A DNA stretch of 20,383 bases, taken from positions 1 through 20,383 of the forward strand of contig NIVC01005224.1 in assembly GCA_002269645.1 (NCBI GenBank), written 5' to 3'. A model generated the notes under the pieces. It made no database searches and was not told the DNA's origin. It saw only the letters and a program-made list of their open reading frames with translations. The stretch is from Macrostomum lignano (taxonomy: Eukaryota). Numbering within the stretch: position 1 is the first letter of the stretch; each line of letters opens with the position of its first letter. Positions 1 through 20,383 of the stretch are shown piece after piece. A program made the translations under genes and the position numbers.

Positions 1-43
1 GAGCTTGCTTGAAGAGAGAAACAAGAGATATGGACAGAATGGT

Positions 44-58
44 AGACAGACACAAGTC

Positions 59-103
<45 letters not shown>

Positions 104-187
104 CAAGTCAGACAGACAAACAGACAGACAGACAGAAGACAGACAGACAGACAGCAGACATAAGACAGACAGGCAGACACTAAGACA

Positions 188-226
<39 letters not shown>

Positions 227-260
227 GGCAGCAGACACTAAGACAGACAGGCAGACACTA

Positions 261-305
<45 letters not shown>

Positions 306-362
306 GGCAGGCAGACACTAAGACAGACAGGCAGACACTAAGACAGACAGACAGACAGACAC
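44..362 (+). repeat. (GACA)n microsatellite with CACTAA/GGCA variants
   Basis: Directly visible; explains ORFs 9..341 and 238..438. Confidence 0.97.
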
Positions 363-590
363 TAAGGGCGGAGAAAGAAGCAGGCACAGACGGGCAGCTA
401 CCAAAACTCGCTATAATAATAAGATTACAAACGGACAATGCAAATGAAAGAAGAGTAAGTTGGCTTAGCTAATAAAGCAGCTTCTAAAGCCGATTTGAAG
501 CAAATACTTTAGCAGTGTGGAATGCACAACTGTATTTCTTGTGCCAAAATTAATAAATATAATTTGCAACACATATTAATATGTAAATAT

Positions 591-591
<1 letters not shown>

Positions 592-627
<36 letters not shown>
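592..627 (+). repeat. (TAA)12 microsatellite
   Basis: Directly visible. Confidence 0.97.
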
Positions 628-1157
628 GCAAGTCTTAATAGCAGTAGCAATACAAAACAAGTGTTAAACGTGCAGAGAAACCGGTATGCACACACACGAA
701 ACAAACAGTGGCGTCGGTTTATCGGGAGGGGTGCTAATTTTTTTTGACGCTTTAATCGTGACGACACAACGCCGGCTGGGTAAGTAAAGATCTGCAAATT
801 TCATTTCCTTTCATACGAATAGTTTCACCTGGAATGCAACTGGAACGCAACAGTGTAACAGGAACAGAAGCAGCAATTAAGTAATAAAGAATCAGATTTA
901 TCAGACAGATGGGGCCTTGTAGTGTTTCTTTTCGCGTGCAACTGGAAATCAAGGCGGCACACAGGATGGAGCAGCACCATTTCGAAATTTATTTTCGTCG
1001 GGGGAGCCTGAAATTAATGGCCTTGAAACATTTTTAGCTAGCGTACCCATAAAGCTTGCGCGACCTTGAAGACTTAATTTCAATTGGCTCGTTAAACTAA
1101 CACGCGCAGAGTGAATGCGCTGTGTTGCTATTTTTAGCTTATTGGGTGGGAATCACC

Positions 1158-1604
1158 CACAGATACTAAAACAACTAGATGGGCCACTCAGGCATAGGTA
1201 TTTAGTAAAACTGCTTTCTACTTTCAGTTCAGTAGCAAAGAAGAATACTATAGCTATTTTATAAAAATAAAGGCGGCTGAAACGACTGATAAGTTTAGAA
1301 GCCCGAAGCTTGCAGGCGTAAACAGCTTGCTAATTGGTTCAGCAATAATGTACATTGGCCAGTCCACTGAAATGTACATGGCAGCTTAGGCTGGAATTCC
1401 GAGAAAGGCAATAAAAATTGGGGCGGGGCAGGGGGTAGTGTGGAAAGGCGCGGTTGAAGGGTTTAAGCGAGGGGGGTAAGAGCCAATAAATGAGCCGTGG
1501 CTTTAAAAATGAATTAAAATGCTTCGGTTTAACTTACTACTGAACTGAAAGTAGTTTACATGCAAATTTGCAGAGTGGCCCATCTAGTCATTCTAGTATC
1601 TGTG
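1158..1604. mobile_element. 447-bp non-autonomous DNA transposon (MITE) with 8-bp TSD; hAT- or P-like
   Basis: TIRs 1158-1189 and 1573-1604 match at 29/32 (CACAGATACTA...GATGGGCCACTC). A second perfect 18-bp inverted block lies at 1218-1235 and 1537-1554. The flanking direct repeat GAATCACC is at 1150-1157 and 1605-1612. The superfamily is inferred only from TSD length. Confidence 0.88.
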
Positions 1605-1656
1605 GAATCACCTAGCAGTTTCTTATATAAGGTCGAAACAGACAAACAAGTTGCTA

Positions 1657-1696
1657 ATTGGCTCAAAGCAGTCACGTGACAACTTTTTCAACCAAT
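1657..1696. promoter_or_regulatory. Candidate promoter module: ATTGG - GTCACGTGAC - CCAAT
   Basis: Perfect 10-bp E-box palindrome at 1671-1680 flanked by inverted CCAAT boxes (gaps 9 and 11 nt). Motif match only. Confidence 0.3.
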
Positions 1697-2823
1697 AGTA
1701 GTGTTCCACTAAAAAGGGAAATCAGATGAGAACGCTAGATTTTGTAAGATTTGAAGAATTCGAATACTATACAAGTGAATGATGAACATCGAGGCTACAA
1801 AACCTATCCGTTTAGTAGATCAACAAAAAGAGGAAAAAAGCATTGCAACGGAACGGCAGTTAAACTGAAGTACAAACTGCAGCATACACGCATATATCAA
1901 GCACTAAACAGCCAGACTGCATAAATGTAACTTCAAACTAGAAATAATCGTAAACAGTACAATCATTACAAACAGATATTAGATGGAAAATTACAAAGGC
2001 TATTAAAAAAGGGACATTGGACCCGAAAACGGAGAGTTAACGATTTACATTAAGGCAACAATATCCACTCGTAGATACAATTGATATGCTCAATTTTTGC
2101 TAATTATTAAAAACCCGAACGCATTAGCGCTTGATTATTAATAAAAAATCGCTCGATCAAAGACGCGACGTGCATTAAGTAATCAGCCAAATAATTTCAA
2201 TAGGTAGTCAAATGCCTTTGTTAAACATTTTTATAATAGAAAAAAGACAATTTTTTAAAAGTGCACAAAACGCAAAATAAATAGATATGGCACCCAAAGT
2301 ATTATTTTCAAAAAATAAGGAATGAACAAAGTTGAAGAATCAACCGCATGCTTATAACAAAATAGACTTATCTTATTTCAACGAGAACTATTTCGGAAAT
2401 AGACAGATAGACTTTCTAGGCTAATATAAAATTGCGATATGTACGAGTTTTATTATGATTAGATAAAATGATTTGCTAAGCAAAATTGGCGTTGTTGATC
2501 AAAATAACCATTAAAGCTACAAAGATATTGAGGCTACTAAGGAACTGTTTTGCATATAAGGTCAGAATTTATTGAGGCACAAGGCATGCACTAATTTGAA
2601 TAGAATTGATTCACAATTCTCACATTTTTAACAGTTGTCACCGAGTAGAGCTTCACGATATGCGCTTATTACAAACAGAAACTCATCATAGTTTGCGATG
2701 GCGATGTTGCACTCGTTATGAGATGGGTAATCCCAGGAGACTAAATATAGAATCAAAAGAATCCCAGAGTATCAGTATAAACCTCGGAATATTATAGAAA
2801 AGAACTTAAAAAAGGAATCATCA

Positions 2824-3552
2824 GAACTACAGAAGGAAATCCCCAGGAAACTACAGAAGGCAATCCCCAGGAAACTACAGAAGGGAATCCCCAGAAAACT
2901 ACAGAAGGGAATTCCCAGAAAATTACAGAAGGAAATCCCCAGGAAACTACAGAAGGGAATACCCAGGAAACTACAGAAGGAAATCCCCTGGAAACTACAG
3001 AAGGGAATCCCCAGAAAACTACAGAAGGGAATTCCCAGAAAACTACAGAAGGCAATCCCCAGGAAACTACAGAAGGGAATCCCCAGAAAACTACAGAAGG
3101 GAATTCCCAGAAAACTACAGAAGGAAATCCCCAGGAAACTACAGAAGAGAATACCCAGGAAACTACAAAATGGAATCCCTAAGAAACTACAATAGCGAAT
3201 ACCCAGAAAACCACAGAAGGGAATCCCCAGAAAACTACAAAAGGGAATTCCCCGTAAACTACAAAAGGGATCTCCCAAGAAACTACAAAAGGGATTACCT
3301 AAGAAGCTAATAAAAAAGGGATTACCTAAGAAGCTAATAAAAAAGGGATTACCTAAGAAGCTAATAAAAAAGGGATTACCTAAGAAGCTAATAAAAAAGG
3401 GATTACCTAAGAAGCTTAAAAAGGTATTACCCAAGAAACTAAAAAAGGGATTACCTAAGAAGCTTAAAAAGGTATTACCCAAGAAACTAAAAAAGGGATT
3501 CCCCAGAAAACTTCCAAAGAGAGTCCCAAAGAAACTAAAGAAGGAAATCCCG
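2824..3552 (+). repeat. 24-bp minisatellite (AAACTACAGAAGGGAATCCCCAGA) with four 27-bp variant units
   Basis: About 30 units directly visible; all unit lengths are multiples of 3; coding potential discussed in findings. Confidence 0.95.
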
Positions 3553-3941
3553 TAGAAAAACAATAGAGAATCCTGCAAAGGTATGAAACTAAAAATAGTA
3601 TCTATATAAACTATTAAAAGTGTAGCATAGAGACACCTATGCATAGACTGTTAAGCTAACTACAATTGTAAAGCAAATAAAACTACACTAGTAGTATATC
3701 AATTCGCTACGAGGCGATACTTTATACATGAAAGGCCATAAATACATTCGCAAGTACGATCAGAACACGGAATTTGCCAGCAAATATTAAAATTGATTTG
3801 TTATTAGCAAAGTCAGAATCAACCGAGGGCAAAGCAAATCGCTGGCTGTTGAGGCACAATTGCGGAGGGCGTGTTAACTTTACAAAGCCACTTTACAAAA
3901 TTATATAGTCTGCAGTATCCACAGGACAGACAGCCGCAGGG

Positions 3942-16989
<13,048 letters not shown>

Positions 16990-17212
16990 TTGTTACACCA
17001 AATAATTGAGTTACATTATAATCCATGAAATTTTGTTGGTTCATTTAAATTGATCAGATATTCAGAGTAACTTGGACTTTTTAAATAAGCTTAGATATGC
17101 TCTTATTAATATTAGACACCTAGTCTTTTAATTTTATATACTTCTATATGGCATTGCTAGATCCATAGCTATTAGAAAATTAGAAAAAAGAAAGCTATTA
17201 GTTAGGGTTCTA

Positions 17213-17434
17213 ATGCTGGAACTCTAGCCATTGTCTATAGTTTTTAAATAAAAGCTTTTTTGATGAAAATTCCTATGCACATAGGTAGTATGCAATTTGC
17301 TGTATGCATTAAGTGTGTAGCTATATATTGGTAGAATATCCACAGTGTAGATATTTAAAAGCCTATGTGCATAGGAATTTTCATCAAAAAAGCTTTTATT
17401 TAAAAACTATAGACAATGGCTAGAGTTCCAGCAT
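17213..17434. repeat. Perfect 73-bp inverted repeat with 76-bp spacer
   Basis: 17213-17285 is the exact reverse complement of 17362-17434; CTA lies on both outer flanks. Confidence 0.95.
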
Positions 17435-17991
17435 CTATCTTTGGAAGATATAGTTTAAAAATGTTAATATAAAAAATGTGCATAATAAAATGTCAATGTG
17501 CATGGCATGCAATAAAAAGAAAGTCTAGTTGTCAGTGTGCACAATTGCCTTGCAATCTGCATTACAGTATGCATTTTTATATAGGTAGGCTTATATATAC
17601 ATATTGGCTATATTGTTAGTTTAGTTTTACATTTTTAATTGAAAATTACATTACATAGTAAAAAGAAAAACCATAAAAGGTCCTTTATAGTTGCAATGCC
17701 TCATGGGCCCTATATGTAGAGCATAACTATTGGCCATGCACTGCAGGCAACTTTTGTGGCAGCTAAAAAATGTTCCTGCATGTCTATAAGACTATGGGCC
17801 ATTGCCTTAAATGGCTATTCACTGTCCATAGTTCAGATGGGAATATGTACACCGGGATTTCTCTTTGGTCTTACCCTTTTTAGCATATATTAAGATATAT
17901 CTTAGCATATAAAACACAGTAGATACATTGTGTCAAATGACAAGTCACAATTGTTTTGAATTAGCACAGAAACCTAGTATACAAACAAATA

Positions 17992-18717
17992 CAATCCACT
18001 TTGGTACTAGCCACTTTAATAACTGCCATTTTGGTAACAAAAAATAACCACTTTGGTAATAGCCACTTTGATAACAACCAGTGTAGTAACAAAGCAGATT
18101 TACAATTGTCAGCTTTATATCTTTATGGTAATTACCTTTTGCAACAAATAGTTTAATAATTAAAATCTTGAATATTTTATTACACCATGTATAATTTAAT
18201 TTTCTAGTTGAACTGTATTAGGCTATAATTTGTTTAAATTTGCATGTTAACTTTATGAAAAAATTGAAGGCAAAAAAATTAAGCAAAGGGCTAGAGAATA
18301 AAAATTGAAAATTTGAAGTAATTAATGTAGGGAAAAATTAGATTCTGTAGTCTTAAGTAGTTATGTTAGATAATATAATGTATATCATATTTGATCAATT
18401 ACAAGATGTCTTGGTGCATGTATCTGAGGTATCTGGAAATTAAATAGATAGGTAAAAATGCTTTTAAACAATTGTTAAACATATACAGATATGCAGTTTT
18501 TTGCATCAATCTAAATCTCTTAAAATGTGCAAGAATATAGGCCTATCTAAGACTTAAATATTTTGTTGTTCCATTTTAAAAGTTCATTGGTAAACTCTTT
18601 TGGAGCATATTAATCAATACATATATGTAATATTTAGTATGAAGTGGCTGTTACCAAAATGGCTTTTACCAAAATGGTAATTTTTGTTACTGAAGTGGCT
18701 ATTATTAAAGTGGACTA
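17992..18717. mobile_element. Degenerate non-autonomous TIR element (Tc1/mariner-like ends) with 15-bp subterminal repeats
   Basis: Ends TA|CAATCCACTTT and, reverse-complemented, TA|TAGTCCACTTT. Arrays of CCAYTTTGGTAAYAG lie at 17996-18090 and inverted at 18642-18713. The interior is AT-rich and non-coding. Confidence 0.65.
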
Positions 18718-20383
18718 TAACTGCACAAACAAGGTCTTGTCACTTTTTCTAGCATTAAACCTGGCGTACACTAATACACAATCCGAACTAGGCCCTATGA
18801 CTCATTGTAGTATTATCTTTTAACTTTAGTTTAAACTGTTTAGTTTGGATTTTATGTCTTGATGCTACCTACAATTGCAACTTGCAAGCAATTTAGAAAT
18901 TTGCACTAGGCCTAGGGCTAGGCCAAGGCCAAGGTCTAATTTCAGGGTGCAATTTTTTTGTGATACTCAGCTGTCATGATTTGTTGGCATCATTTAGGCT
19001 ATACTACATCATTGACATTTAAAATAAATGATTAAAAACTAACAAAATATCAGCATGATTTAATTTAAATTTCATTATATCAGTACTCTACACACATTAG
19101 GAATTAAGATAGGCTACTTGTAACTAGGCTGGCTACTAGAGTGACGAGTCTAGCTAGGGCCTATACTATATTATACAATACTTTAGTATCTTATTAGTAA
19201 GTAGACTATAGTATAGACTATAGTATAGAAAATAGAAAAGTAAGAAAAAATCATAAGCATAAGCCCAAGCCTAAACATGCCTAACATACAAGTCTTTTTC
19301 CTATCCATTTACTAATATAGTAAGCGGGGTCGCGTGGGTTAGTGTGCCAATTATTCATTGGGTAGGCCTAGACGCCGCCTAGTCTCGCGTATATATAGTT
19401 TTTTAGTCGCTAAGATTTTAAAAACAAAATTTGGTTTTCGGAAGTCGAATTTCTAAGATCAGAAACAGCTAAAACAAAAAGTCTGCTAAAAAGTAAGTTT
19501 ATGACGCGATAAACATGATGTAATAGTAAAAAAATACTTTGAAGTTATTATACTATGAAAGCTTTGATGTGGCACAGCTGCTCGTAGATGCAGCAGTAAA
19601 TTATTAGAGCTATTATTGATTTCCCAGTCAGCTAATTTATTTCCAAGTAAATAAATACTCTTACACATTGCATTAAAAGACAGACAAGCAGTTTCAAAGA
19701 ATCAATATTAAGCTGCAGTTATACAAAGAACCCAGTATTTGGATACACGGATTATGTTAAATGTCTCTGAACGAGCTTCGGAACTGAGACGAATCTTATA
19801 TACAACAGATAACAGGGCTGGTTCACCGTCAAGAAAGTTCGACATTAATGATTCAATGCGCACAACCAGTCTACCAGTATGTGCATTTCTTTAAAATACA
19901 TTTATTCTTAGAGCTTTTGTCCGAAGCTCATGCAGGAAATGTTTCTAAATGTAGATGCAGTCGCTATACAAATAATTGTTAGCTACATGTAGCTACTTTA
20001 TAGCGGTGCACACCAGAAGCAGTATACGCACTTTTCTGAGTACGTATCAAGGTTTTGCTTATTTTTTCGCGCTCGAGCTGCTTAAGGCATGGGAAACTGG
20101 CCAATAGGAGTGTATCAGTGGAAAGCAGTCAGACCGACCGAAAGGTACAAGATGTGGGAAACTTTCACCAGCCAATCGTTGAACAAATGCACCTTACTGA
20201 AACTTCTACTAATAATGTCATGCCAAGACTAGAGACTGGTTTAGGTAATACAAAACACTTTCCGAGTTGGTTGGCAGTATCTATAATCGAGTCGCAAGTT
20301 TGGATCACAGATATCGCTAAATTAAGAAGCTCCTAATTTATCAGGACGCTGATCTCTGTTAAGCAATGCATAGGATTCGAACT

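Noticed and set aside
1158-1164. CACAG terminus resembling the RAG/Transib heptamer CACAGTG
   Set aside because: The sequence is CACAGAT, the TSD is 8 bp rather than 5 bp, and no nonamer is present.
17693-17817. Weak inverted similarity GCAATGCCTCATGGG... / ...ATGGGCCATTGC
   Set aside because: Too degenerate and no TSD, so it cannot be supported as an element.
19912-19992. + frame NVDAVAIQIIVSYM resembling a BTB segment, and FDVAQLLVDAA at ~19563 resembling ankyrin
   Set aside because: Each is a very short match ended by a stop, with no supporting neighbouring motifs.
20240-20381. Minus frame YALLNRDQRPDKLGAS*FSDI faintly resembling the TERT segment before motif A
   Set aside because: It has in-frame stops, wrong spacing and no catalytic Asp motif; most likely chance.

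Overview
Eukaryotic (invertebrate animal) genomic DNA; no prokaryotic features. The window is dominated by one complete minus-strand, 10-exon gene for an ARHGAP21/23-family RhoGAP (PDZ, degenerate PH, RhoGAP, C-terminal coiled coil). I reconstructed it by hand: CDS 16989 to 3942, 3558 nt, 1185 aa, all nine introns GT-AG and phase-consistent. Six of the nine introns are largely or partly filled with tandem repeats (24-, 30- and 18/19-bp minisatellites, GATA/GACA, TATC and GTA microsatellites), and intron 1 holds a tRNA-headed CORE-like SINE. The flanks contain a 447-bp MITE with an 8-bp TSD, a perfect 73-bp inverted repeat, an old TA-flanked TIR element, and a 24/27-bp minisatellite whose substitution pattern looks protein-coding. 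Most long ORFs in the supplied track are repeat artefacts. The most unusual observations are three pairs of introns carrying mutually reverse-complementary repeats and the coding-like minisatellite downstream of the gene. Neither can be called a new system from sequence alone.
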